64,000 nucleotides of DNA from an uncultured Chthonomonadaceae bacterium (lineage in GTDB: Bacteria; Armatimonadota; Chthonomonadetes; Chthonomonadales; CAJBBX01), in the NCBI GenBank assembly GCA_964519955.1, contig CAZFLM010000021.1, positions 16,276 to 80,275 of the forward strand, written 5' to 3'. The translations under genes and the position numbers were made by a program. The notes below the pieces were generated by a model, which saw only the letters and a program-made list of their open reading frames with translations, ran no database searches and had not been told where the DNA came from. Positions 44,267 through 53,248 of the stretch are shown here, one piece after another; position 1 is the stretch's first letter, and the number at the start of each line of letters is the position of its first letter.

Positions 44267-44638
44267 CGGTGGCGACGGAGCGACACCCTCCAGCCCAGCC
44301 CGGCGTGCGTTGCGCACCAACCTGTGGGGCGCGCCCTCCGCGGCGCGCCGGGTCCTTGCATGCGCCCGCACGACCCAGTCCGGAGGACGATCGGCCGTAG
44401 GCCAGCCTGCCGGGGGTCTTGTACCCCCGGAACCGAGCGGTGGCGACGGAGCGCCACCCTCCAGCCCAGCCCGGCGTGCGTTGCGCACCAACCTGTGGGG
44501 CGCGCCCTCCGCGGCGCGCCGGGTCCTTGCATGCGCCCGCACGACCCAGTCCGGAGGACGATCGGCCGTAGGCCAGCCTGCCGGGGGTCTTGTACCCCCG
44601 GAACCGAGCGGTGGCGACGGAGCGCCACCCTCCAGCCC
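44267..44638. repeat. 171-bp intergenic tandem repeat (2 units plus 30 bp) built of hairpins; REPIN/BIME-like
   Basis: Unit starts at 44267, 44438 and 44609; contains ggtggcg-acggag-cgccacc, ggcgcgcc-ctccgc-ggcgcgcc and ccgggggt-cttgt-acccccgg. Confidence 0.93.
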
Positions 44639-44645
44639 GTCGCCG

Positions 44646-46082
44646 CTACTTCACCTCCACCACCACGCACTTCCCCGGCGAGGGCGGTACCTTCACTGCC
44701 TTGCCGCCGACCCTTACCTCCACGTCGCCGGGCGTCTCGACGAAGTCGGTGCGGCGCAGCAGCACGCGGTTGCCCAGCCGCAGGCCGGAGACAACGGTGC
44801 CGGCATTCGCGGGTACATCGAACGAGATGGGCTTGCCCTTGTCCAGGAACTCGCCGTACTCCTGCGCGGCCGCCCAGACGGAGTGCAGCAGCTTCACCTC
44901 GGCGGCGTTCTCCTCGCTCGGGCACCAGAGGAAGAACGTGGCGTGGCCCCGCAGGAGCATGTGCCACAGCAGCTCCTGGTAGGCCCACTCCGTCATCTGC
45001 GGTGCGGCGGGCGCGCGGGATGCCTCGGTCGTGTGCCAGTGGACGAACGTGACGATGGGCGTCCTGGCGGGTGTGTGCTGGGCGGCGTTCGTGGCGACCT
45101 TGAGCATGTTGTAGAACCAGCGGTAGTCGCCCGGCTCGAAGTCGTACCACCCGTACGTCCACGCCCACGTGTAGACGACCGGCATCGCGAACGTGTAGCC
45201 CGCCCGCTCGAACTCCTTCGCCCACGGGCGGTAGGGCGCGCCGTGATCGCTCAGGGCAGGGCCAGGCTGCCCGCGCGGCTCGAAGTAGTCGTACCAGTAG
45301 CGATAGCCGTCGTGCGGGTAGACGGCGTAGTTGCCGACCAGGCACTTCGGGAAGCGCTGGAGGAGGGGAGCCGCGTACACCTCGCGCTCCAGATCGCCGC
45401 GCAGGTCGCGCATCGCCTTCTGGAACGCGGCGAAGTCGTCGAGGTGCGGGAGGTGCTCGCGGCAGCGGGCGCACCGCTTGCTGCTCTCCCACGCCCCGTT
45501 CCACTCGATGGGGCCGTCGATCTCCCAGTCCGCGAAGCAGAAGCCGACCTCGACCCCGGCCTTGCGGTAGGCGTCCGCGAACCACTCGATGCGCTCGCGG
45601 ATGGCCGGCTTGCGGTGCTCGATGGCGAATGGGCAGCCCATGTCCGGCTTCCCGCCGAACGAGGTGTCCCAGAAGGACTTGCCCGCCGCGTCGACGTGCG
45701 CCGTCTCGGGGGTGCCGTCGTAGAACGAGTAGAGACAGCCGGACGCATCGACGCCCACCGGCACGCCGAGCTTCTTCTGCGCCCGCGCGATCGGCAGGGC
45801 CTGCTCCAAGCTGGCCTCGCGGTGGGCGGCATCCCAGCGGCACACGATGCCCACGCCGCGGCGGTCCAGCTCGCGCACCAGCTCCTCGGCCTGCTCGTCC
45901 GTCAGCTTGCCGGGGTCCATGGCGGGCCAGAGGTAGAGGGGCAGGCGCTTCCCGCGCGGGTGCTTCAGCGGCTCGGTGTTCTCCAGCACGGTGCGGATGT
46001 GCTCGGGCCAGGGCATGGACTTGGTCTCCTTCGCGGGTGTCTGCGCCATCGCTGCGACGGCGGCCATCAGGGCGAGGATCAC
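44646..46082 (-). CDS. Secreted hypothetical protein, possible glycosidase-like TIM barrel
   Basis: Short signal peptide; start overlaps the upstream stop (ATGA-type); DWEIDGP motif; coding-like codon use. Confidence 0.7.
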   Translation of the reverse strand: MILALMAAVAAMAQTPAKETKSMPWPEHIRTVLENTEPLKHPRGKRLPLYLWPAMDPGKLTDEQAEELVRELDRRGVGIVCRWDAAHREASLEQALPIARAQKKLGVPVGVDASGCLYSFYDGTPETAHVDAAGKSFWDTSFGGKPDMGCPFAIEHRKPAIRERIEWFADAYRKAGVEVGFCFADWEIDGPIEWNGAWESSKRCARCREHLPHLDDFAAFQKAMRDLRGDLEREVYAAPLLQRFPKCLVGNYAVYPHDGYRYWYDYFEPRGQPGPALSDHGAPYRPWAKEFERAGYTFAMPVVYTWAWTYGWYDFEPGDYRWFYNMLKVATNAAQHTPARTPIVTFVHWHTTEASRAPAAPQMTEWAYQELLWHMLLRGHATFFLWCPSEENAAEVKLLHSVWAAAQEYGEFLDKGKPISFDVPANAGTVVSGLRLGNRVLLRRTDFVETPGDVEVRVGGKAVKVPPSPGKCVVVEVK

Positions 46083-47539
46083 TTGCCGCCCTCCGGCGCC
46101 TCGAACCGGCGCGACGTGGCGTACACGTGCACGTCGAAGCCGCGGAGGCCGTCGCGCAGGGCCCCGCCCTGGACCGTCAGCTCCTCGTCCGCGCCGAGGC
46201 GATAGAGCGTGCGCCCCTCCAGCGCGACCGGCAGCCCGGTCAGCCGGAAGGCACGCCCCATGATCCGCTCGTTCGCCACGATCAGCACCCAGTCGTCGCC
46301 CACCTGGCGCAGCGTGGCCACGTAGCCGCCCTGGTCCGCGGACGACGGGTTGTCCTCGACGACCAGCTTCGGCGCCGGCTTCACCTCGGGCGCGACGAAG
46401 GCGGGCTCCAGGGCGCGCAGCTCCCTGGCGATGCGCAGGAGGTCGCGCCAGAGCGGCGTGTCGAGCGTCTTCGCGCCGCCGTCCGGCTCGTCGAACGCGT
46501 ACGGCGTGCCCCAGTAGAGGATGCCGGCCGCGCCATGGAGCAGCGCGTCATACGCCATGAAGCGCGTCTCCTGCCAGTTCGGCCGCCGCCCGACGCGCTC
46601 GTCCTTGTCGCGGTCGGCCTTCTCGGCGAGATCGCGCCAGGCGAAGCCCTGCAGCACCATGAGGCACGGCTTGCCAGGGGCCGAGGCGCGCATGCGGTCC
46701 GTGTACGCGCCGACAGAGGCCGGGGTCATGTCCAGCAGGTCGCTGTGCCCGGTGCCCATGTTCGCGGGGATCGGGTAGATGTCGCAGCCGACCGCGTCCG
46801 CGGCCTTGCCGTAGAGGGTGAGCGAGGGCATCGAGTTGCGCGGCGCGTGGTTCAGCCAGACCAGGTGCTTCGGGTCGGCCTTGTGCACGGCGTGGATGCC
46901 CTCGTTCAGGCCCTCGCCGACCTTCGCGGAGCGCTCAGCCGCGCCGCCGATGACGACGCCGGGCTTCGGGTCCGTGCCGCCGACCGCCTGCCAGAACGCC
47001 TTGCGCTCCGTCTCGAACCGGTCGGTCAGGCCGCGGTTGAGCATCTCCCAGGCGTGCGCGATCCTGCGGTTCGCTGCCTCGGGATTGGCCGATGCTGCGG
47101 CGGCCTTGCGCATCGCTGGGAACACCTCGCTCTCGATGACGCCGCCCGGGCCCCACGTGCAGTTCCAGAGCGCCTCGTCCGGGCCTTCCCAGAGCAGCAG
47201 CGCCGGGTGGTCCTTCAGCGAGCGCACGCGGTTGAGCAGCTTCTGCTCGCGGGCGGGGCGATCGGCGCTCAGGTCGAGGTCCTCCCCGAGGTTGACCCAC
47301 GCCCTCGCGCCCGCGCCGGCGACCCGGTCCACCGCCGCCTTGTCGGCCGCGCACTGAATGAGGTTGAAGCCCGCCGCGACCGCGTCCTTCAAGCGCGCGT
47401 CGTCGCTCGGGTCCTCATACAGCCCTAGAATCAGCCCCGGCTTGCCATCGATGTTCAGCATGGACACTCTCCCAATCCGCGTCGCCGGCGTCGTCTGCGC
47501 GAGCACCGCACCGGCAGCCAGGCACATGAATGCGAGCAT
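46079..47539 (-). CDS. Secreted hypothetical protein, glycosidase-like TIM barrel
   Basis: Signal peptide; GFNL, LLLWEGPDE, WLNHAP, GCDIYP, MVLQGF, LLHGAAGILYW. Confidence 0.7.
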   Translation of the reverse strand: MLAFMCLAAGAVLAQTTPATRIGRVSMLNIDGKPGLILGLYEDPSDDARLKDAVAAGFNLIQCAADKAAVDRVAGAGARAWVNLGEDLDLSADRPAREQKLLNRVRSLKDHPALLLWEGPDEALWNCTWGPGGVIESEVFPAMRKAAAASANPEAANRRIAHAWEMLNRGLTDRFETERKAFWQAVGGTDPKPGVVIGGAAERSAKVGEGLNEGIHAVHKADPKHLVWLNHAPRNSMPSLTLYGKAADAVGCDIYPIPANMGTGHSDLLDMTPASVGAYTDRMRASAPGKPCLMVLQGFAWRDLAEKADRDKDERVGRRPNWQETRFMAYDALLHGAAGILYWGTPYAFDEPDGGAKTLDTPLWRDLLRIARELRALEPAFVAPEVKPAPKLVVEDNPSSADQGGYVATLRQVGDDWVLIVANERIMGRAFRLTGLPVALEGRTLYRLGADEELTVQGGALRDGLRGFDVHVYATSRRFEAPEGGK

Positions 47540-47609
47540 GTCAGGTCCTCCTCGTCACAGCCCGTGCACCGACCGAGGCGCTTGTACGCGACGGTCGTTG
47601 GTGGGACAC

Positions 47610-47774
47610 CCAACGTCAAGTGCAGATCCCTGACGGGATGACGTCAAGGGCGCGCGGCTCGATGGCGATCGGGCATGGTGCCCGCACCCCGCCGCGTGCT
47701 GTGCTAGGTCGGTACGCCCGACGCCGTCTGCCGTTCTGGCCGTCATCCCGTTAGGGATCTGTTCTTGACGTTGG
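47610..47774. repeat. 165-bp element with 34-bp imperfect terminal inverted repeats (REPIN/MITE-like)
   Basis: 47610-47643 vs reverse complement of 47741-47774: 31/34 match. Confidence 0.8.
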
Positions 47775-47814
47775 CCGTTTGCCTTCCGCGAGCGCGCAAT
47801 CGGCACCGGGCCGA

Positions 47815-47842
47815 GGTGGGGCGGGCGTCCCTGCCCGCCCAG
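47815..47842. repeat. REP-like hairpin, family A copy 2
   Basis: ggtggggcgggcgtccctgcccgcccag; the two differences from 8296-8323 are a compensatory pair. Confidence 0.65.
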
Positions 47843-47889
47843 GCGCACACCCCAACCGAGGCGCGACAGTGATGGAGCGCGTGCCGAGC

Positions 47890-48483
47890 CTACAGCCTCG
47901 CCAGGTCCACTGCCAGCACGTGGTACACGCGATGCTGCGGCGGGTCGCGATCGATCTCGACGCGCTCCGACACGACCGTCAGCGGGACGCCGGCCTCCTC
48001 GCAGAGCGTGTGGAACGGAGCGAGCCAGCCGCCCAGGGCCCACGCCCGGCCATCGATGGTGACTACGCCGTCGCTGGGCTCCGCGGCGGCCTCCGCCACG
48101 AACGCGTTCGCCAGCACCGCCGCGTCCAGTCCCCGCGCGGCCGCCTGCCGGATCAGCTCGGGCAGCGACCGCAGCACGCGCCGCGCGAGGAGGCGGTCGC
48201 GTTCCAGCTCGACGTTGCGGCGCTCTTCCTGCTTCGCGGCGGCCTCCGCCGCACGCTGCTGCTCCTGGGCCAGGCGCTCGGCCCGCTCGCGGAGTCCGGC
48301 CAGCTTCTGTGCGCGCAGCTCGCCGACGACGCCCGACGCCGGCTCAGTCGCCTCGGCCTCCTGAATCGCGTCGAGATCGACGTGCGGCAGCTCCCCGAGT
48401 TCGCGGATCGGCGGCTCGGGTGGCGGGGCTTGCTCCGGCGGCTTCGGCGGATCGGTCCGCTTGCGGCGGAACACGCGGAACAC
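47890..48483 (-). CDS. Hypothetical protein with coiled-coil segment
   Basis: GGAGG RBS, GTG start just after the alpha-galactosidase stop; LRERAERLAQEQQRAAEAAAKQEERR. Confidence 0.7.
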   Translation of the reverse strand: MFRVFRRKRTDPPKPPEQAPPPEPPIRELGELPHVDLDAIQEAEATEPASGVVGELRAQKLAGLRERAERLAQEQQRAAEAAAKQEERRNVELERDRLLARRVLRSLPELIRQAAARGLDAAVLANAFVAEAAAEPSDGVVTIDGRAWALGGWLAPFHTLCEEAGVPLTVVSERVEIDRDPPQHRVYHVLAVDLARL

Positions 48484-48494
48484 GGGCGCGCCTC

Positions 48495-50501
48495 CTACTT
48501 CGCTGCGGCCTTGCGGTAGATCACGATGGCGGCGCCGGGCGCCTCGGGCACCTCGACCCGGAGCGCGGCCAGCTCCTTGCCGGTCATCACCTTCGCGCCG
48601 GGCGTGCCCTCGAACTCGACCTCGTAGCGCGCGCTGGGGCGGACGCCGGCGACCGTCAGTATGGTGCTGGGGCCGCACTTGGCGCGGCGGTAGACGAACA
48701 GGCAGCCCGCGTCGAGGTCCTGGCGGTGGAGCTGGTAGGCGAACCAGTGGTCGGTCTCGACGCGGTGGGGGAGCGTGGGATAGAAGTCGCCGAGCGCGTA
48801 GGGGCGCAGCTTCTTCTGCAGCGCCACGGTGCGGCGGACGCCCTCCGCGTTCTTGGGATCGTGTGCGGCCAGGCAGATGATGTTCCCGGTCGTGGCGTTG
48901 CTGCGGCACTCGTATGACGGCTCCAGCCCGAAGAGGCCGCTCGCATGCAGCGGCAGCCACCGGTAGAGGCCTGCGTTCTGCAGTTGGTCGGCTTCCGGGT
49001 GCGCGCCCTCGCACTGCAGGTCGCTGTGCCAGAGCGGGAGGCCGCGCGAGAGCATCTCGATGTCCAGCCGCCGCCCGCCGCTCGCGCAGATGTCGAGGAG
49101 CAGGCCGGGATGCCGCCGCTCCAGCTCATCCCACATCGCGTAGAGCCCCTCGATGTAGCGGATCTCCGTCATCCCTTGGCGATCGGGGGCGTCGCAGTGG
49201 CGCCAGTGGGCGAGGGGCTGGATGTTGAAGTCCCAGCGCACCCACGCGAGCTGCGCGAGCGAGACCTGCACGTCGACCTTCTCGGTGATCCACTTCCACG
49301 CCTCGGGCAGGTCGAGCCGGTAGAGGCCGCCGTTCGCGCCGCCTTCGACCCACTCCGGGTGCTCGCGCGCGATCTGCGACCCCTTGGCCACGCGCTCCGG
49401 CTCGAACCACAGCAGGTAGCCGAGGCCGGCCGCCCGCGCCGCGTCGCCGACGGGCTTCAGGCCGCGCGGGTACTTCGTCAGGTCCGGCTCCCACGTGCCG
49501 GTGCCGTTCGGGAAGCCGCCCGGGTACCACTGCTGCGGGTCCATGTCGGACCAGAAGATCTCGACGCCCAGATCGGCCAGCGGCTTCATCACGCGCACGT
49601 GCGGGCCCTCGTACGTGCCGTCGGGATCGGTCTCGAACACGGAGCCGCAGATGGGAGTGAAGACGATCTGCCCGTTGCGGCGCGGGGTGTAGTGGGCGGA
49701 GAGCGTCTGGCGCAGCAGTTGGTTGCCGCGCAGGTCTTCGCCGCCTCGCCAGAACGCCAGCAGCATCCGCGGCGTGCGGATCTCCTCGCCTGGGTGCAGC
49801 GTGAGGTGTGTCAGCTCCAGGCCGGCACGCATTCGCACGCCGCCGTCCTCGCGCCGGAAGCTGGCGGCCCACTGCCCGGTCCAGCCGATGGCCAGCGCGA
49901 TGCCGCCATCCGGCCCCGCCACGTTGAAGAACGGCATGGGGCCTTCGGAGGACCGCCCGGCCGCCGGCGCGTAGGTCAGCCCCGGCCCCGGGGCGATGGC
50001 GTCGCTGAGGGGGCGGAAGCTGTCGGCCGAGTTGCTGTCGCCGAGCGAGTGGTGCAGCGTGAAGCCGTCGGCCGCCTTGCTGGGCAGGAGCGTGTCGAGC
50101 GCCTGGATGCCCTCGATGATCGGCGTGTCCGCGCTGCCGGTGTTCTTGAAGTGCAGCACCCACTCTACCGCCGGCACGTCCGCGAACTCCAGGACGTCGA
50201 GCCGCACCTCCAGGCCCGTCGCCGGGTCCGTCCACGTGACCGTGCGTGTGGTGCGGGCTGCGTCGATTTTTGCTGCCCTTGCGGCGCGCTTCCAGGTCGC
50301 GAGCAGCTCGCGGCTGGACTGCCCGCCATAGGTGAACGAGAACGGCACGGCGGCCGCGTCGCCCAGAATGTGCGTGTTCACCCACTTGTGAGCGTCGGCG
50401 CGCTCGGCCTTAGTCGGCGTCGCGCTGGTCGCAGCGGGGCAGGCCGCGGCCAGGAATGCGCAGGCAAGGAGGCAGGCAGCCAGTTCGGCAGTCAAGGGCA
50501 T
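48495..50501 (-). CDS. Secreted alpha-galactosidase (GH36-like)
   Basis: MPFFN, IGWTGQW, LLWFEPERV, VRWDFN (nucleophile), DICASGGRRLD, WHSD, GDFYP. Confidence 0.88.
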   Translation of the reverse strand: MPLTAELAACLLACAFLAAACPAATSATPTKAERADAHKWVNTHILGDAAAVPFSFTYGGQSSRELLATWKRAARAAKIDAARTTRTVTWTDPATGLEVRLDVLEFADVPAVEWVLHFKNTGSADTPIIEGIQALDTLLPSKAADGFTLHHSLGDSNSADSFRPLSDAIAPGPGLTYAPAAGRSSEGPMPFFNVAGPDGGIALAIGWTGQWAASFRREDGGVRMRAGLELTHLTLHPGEEIRTPRMLLAFWRGGEDLRGNQLLRQTLSAHYTPRRNGQIVFTPICGSVFETDPDGTYEGPHVRVMKPLADLGVEIFWSDMDPQQWYPGGFPNGTGTWEPDLTKYPRGLKPVGDAARAAGLGYLLWFEPERVAKGSQIAREHPEWVEGGANGGLYRLDLPEAWKWITEKVDVQVSLAQLAWVRWDFNIQPLAHWRHCDAPDRQGMTEIRYIEGLYAMWDELERRHPGLLLDICASGGRRLDIEMLSRGLPLWHSDLQCEGAHPEADQLQNAGLYRWLPLHASGLFGLEPSYECRSNATTGNIICLAAHDPKNAEGVRRTVALQKKLRPYALGDFYPTLPHRVETDHWFAYQLHRQDLDAGCLFVYRRAKCGPSTILTVAGVRPSARYEVEFEGTPGAKVMTGKELAALRVEVPEAPGAAIVIYRKAAAK

Positions 50502-50526
50502 CGTGGGTTCTCCGGGCGCCGCGGGG

Positions 50527-51648
50527 CTACTTGGCCGCCTGGGCGCGCAGGTCAGTGAGTTGCAGCACGTTGTCGGTCTCGCTCGATCCGCCCATCGCGC
50601 CGGTGATGTCCAGCACGACGAGCTGCGTCACGAGTTCGGGCTTCACCTTCCGGTCCCTTACCTTTGAATCGTCACCGGCGTTCAGCTCGGCCAGCTCGAT
50701 GGTGTGCGTGCTCCAGGCGCCACCCTCGGGGACCGTCACGGTGGTGTTGAACTTGCCGCCGCCGGCCTCCTCGAGCTGGACGATGAGCGTGGTCGCCTGC
50801 GTGGACGATGCCTTGAGGCTCAGCCGGGCCATCCCCTGGAGCTTGCCGCGGGGCATCATCTTCATCATGGCGACTATCCGCCCGGTCGTCGGCCGATAGA
50901 TTGCCTGCAATCCGCGCTGATCCGGCGCAGCGCCCTCGAAGCGCGTCAGCGATACGCCGCCGATACCGACCCACGAGACCTGCGGGCGCGCGAACGTGTC
51001 GATGCGCACCTCTCCGTTGGCTGTCGTCATCCCGGGCGGCAGCTTCTCCGCGGTGACCAGGAAGTCGTCGAGACGAAGGGTGCGCGGGCCGAGCTCGGCG
51101 CCGAGCAGCTTCACGATGTCGGGGTTGTCCGCCACTCCGAACATCTGGACCACATCGATGAGCGCGACGTTGCCGACAAGGTCGAGGTCGAGCTTCCCGT
51201 CGGGGTCCTTGGGATCGTTCGGCCCATCGGCGAGCGCGAAGTCGGCGACGGAGAGCGCGACTTCCTGCCAGCGGTTCCTGGGGGCGGCGAAGGTGGCCGT
51301 GTACCGGCCGCCGTCCTTCTCTTGCAGCAGGAGCGCGAGTGCGGTGGCGCGGTCCGAGTTCACCCACAGGCGCAGCGTCTTCCCTTCAAGGGGCAGGCCG
51401 TTGGGCGTGTTCAGCGCGAGCAGGCTGCGTACGCCCGGCTTGATGTCGTATTCGAACTTTAGTGAGCCCTTCCCGTTGAACGAGGTCTGCTGGGTGATCG
51501 TGGCGCGCGCGTTGGTGCCCGTGGCCATCCAGCCGCATTCGTCCTCGTCGAAGGAGTGTCGGAGCAGGGGCGTGGCCCCTTGTCCCGCGGCGCCGCCGGC
51601 CGCGAGCGCCAGCGCGGCGCCCAGCAGCCACGCGTTGGTAGTCTTCAT
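50527..51648 (-). CDS. Secreted protein with two CIA30/CBM-like beta-sandwich domains
   Basis: Signal peptide MKTTNAWLL...AAG|Q; two related halves (LLLQEKDGGRY...WQEV.L vs VQLEEAGGGKF...WSTH.I). Confidence 0.7.
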   Translation of the reverse strand: MKTTNAWLLGAALALAAGGAAGQGATPLLRHSFDEDECGWMATGTNARATITQQTSFNGKGSLKFEYDIKPGVRSLLALNTPNGLPLEGKTLRLWVNSDRATALALLLQEKDGGRYTATFAAPRNRWQEVALSVADFALADGPNDPKDPDGKLDLDLVGNVALIDVVQMFGVADNPDIVKLLGAELGPRTLRLDDFLVTAEKLPPGMTTANGEVRIDTFARPQVSWVGIGGVSLTRFEGAAPDQRGLQAIYRPTTGRIVAMMKMMPRGKLQGMARLSLKASSTQATTLIVQLEEAGGGKFNTTVTVPEGGAWSTHTIELAELNAGDDSKVRDRKVKPELVTQLVVLDITGAMGGSSETDNVLQLTDLRAQAAK

Positions 51649-51870
51649 CGTCCCGTCTCCCGGGTGAACGCCGCCGCCCAGGCGTGACGCAGCGATGCGG
51701 CGCGGTTCACTGCCTCCCAGGTTCCGGCTCGCTCGCGCGATGTCCTGCAGGATGGCCGCACGGGTCTCCATGGCGGCGAGCGAGCGGCCCTAACGCGGCA
51801 GAGGGAATCCACCGAGCTGTATCGAAGGAAGTGCTAACCAACCGAACGAGCCACGGAACGGAGAAGCACG

Positions 51871-53094
51871 ATGCGATCTCTGATGGTGTGTTTGGCGGTG
51901 CTGGCGGCAGCATTCATCATGCCAAGCCGTCTGTCGGCTCAGGAGCTGAGCCAGGCCGATCACGCGGCCCTGAAGAGCTTCGCCGTCGAGGCGATGGCCA
52001 ACGCCGAAGAAGCCACGAGGAACGGCACCGACCTGCAGAAGGCCCGCTATCTGATGACGAAGCTCTGCAACCGGCTGGCGATGCATGTTCAGTCGGTCAA
52101 CTCGACGCGCAGCAGCCGCGTTGGGAGCCTCATCGCGAACTTCGATCGCAGCCGGCTGAGCTGCAGCCATCTCACGAACATGATGCTGGCCGTCTTCCAT
52201 GGCGCCGGCATCAAGAGCGAGCGGACGTTCGAGCTGGTGGCCGACAAGAACTCATGGAAGGCGACCCTCACCGCCGATCCGAACCGCAACCACGCGGTCC
52301 CGTGCCTCATCTTCGAAGGGAAGGTCTATACGTTCGACGCCTGGGCCTACGCGGTCGACAACACCAGGGTGCCGCTGTCGTTCAGCGGAGGCGGCTACAG
52401 CAAGTGGAACGGCATGCCGCTCGACAAGTGGGCGGCGGACATGGCCAAGCGGGACTACGTGCGGTTCAGTGGCAACGCCCGCGAGGAGTCGTCCGAGGGG
52501 GACCGCACCCGCTGGCACAAGACCGCGCAAGAGGCCGCCGCGGAGGCGATGAAGGCTCAGGAGCCGAAGCACGCCGGGGGGAATCCGGGCGCCGGCAAGG
52601 CACGCCCATCGGCGCCTGCCGTGAAGACCGTGGGCACCAGCAGGGGGCAGTGGGCCCTGGTCACGATCGCGGGGAAGGACGAGAACCAGGCGCCACAGAC
52701 CTGTACGGCGACCTTCTCCGATACCGGCCTCGAGGCAGACGTGGCGTACGCGGCGAGCAACCGCGAGATGCGCAAGTACCACGCTTCGGTCCACTGGAAT
52801 CCGCCGCCCACGACGCTGACCCCGGGTGAGACCCTCCGCTTCACCGGCACGGCTGCCAACGGCACGCTGGAGCTGTACGGCAATCAGCCGGTACGCTCGC
52901 TGGAGAGCACGTTCGTCGTTCCGGACGGGGCCCCGGGACGGACGATTGACCTGGACTTCGACGCCCAGACGAGAGGGTCGGCGACGGGGCTCTGCTGGAA
53001 CTACCGCGTGTACCGCTACCGGTGGATACCCAAGGGCGAGGGGCTGCCCGATCCCAAGGCGGCGACGCGCGAGGTGAAGACGCCAGGTAGGTAA
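51871..53094 (+). CDS. Secreted hypothetical protein with a putative papain/transglutaminase-like Cys-His-Asp domain
   Basis: Signal peptide (LSA|Q); LSCSHL...NHAV...FDAW; separate C-terminal beta domain after a Pro/Ala linker. Confidence 0.65.
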   Translation: MRSLMVCLAVLAAAFIMPSRLSAQELSQADHAALKSFAVEAMANAEEATRNGTDLQKARYLMTKLCNRLAMHVQSVNSTRSSRVGSLIANFDRSRLSCSHLTNMMLAVFHGAGIKSERTFELVADKNSWKATLTADPNRNHAVPCLIFEGKVYTFDAWAYAVDNTRVPLSFSGGGYSKWNGMPLDKWAADMAKRDYVRFSGNAREESSEGDRTRWHKTAQEAAAEAMKAQEPKHAGGNPGAGKARPSAPAVKTVGTSRGQWALVTIAGKDENQAPQTCTATFSDTGLEADVAYAASNREMRKYHASVHWNPPPTTLTPGETLRFTGTAANGTLELYGNQPVRSLESTFVVPDGAPGRTIDLDFDAQTRGSATGLCWNYRVYRYRWIPKGEGLPDPKAATREVKTPGR

Positions 53095-53248
53095 CGCCGG
53101 TCCGGGATGCGCCAGGCGGGCTCGCACTGGCGCATTCCCCTCGGATCCCCTCGCGCATCGTGCGCCCAGTACATCGACCTCAGCAGGTATTCGCCCCGCC
53201 GCGCCGAACCTCATCTCATTACGGATACGCTCTGGCGGGAGGGACGCG

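Noticed and set aside
44240-44542. Repeated N-terminal peptide of the GH20-like ORF
   Set aside because: It is the translation of the 171-bp intergenic repeat; the RBS and signal peptide start at 44239.
44267-44638. CRISPR array
   Set aside because: The sequence between the recurring 28-mers is identical in both units (no unique spacers), the period is 171 bp and no cas genes are present.
53104-53139. Rho-independent terminator
   Set aside because: An imperfect stem is present but there is no U-tract on either strand, so it was not called.
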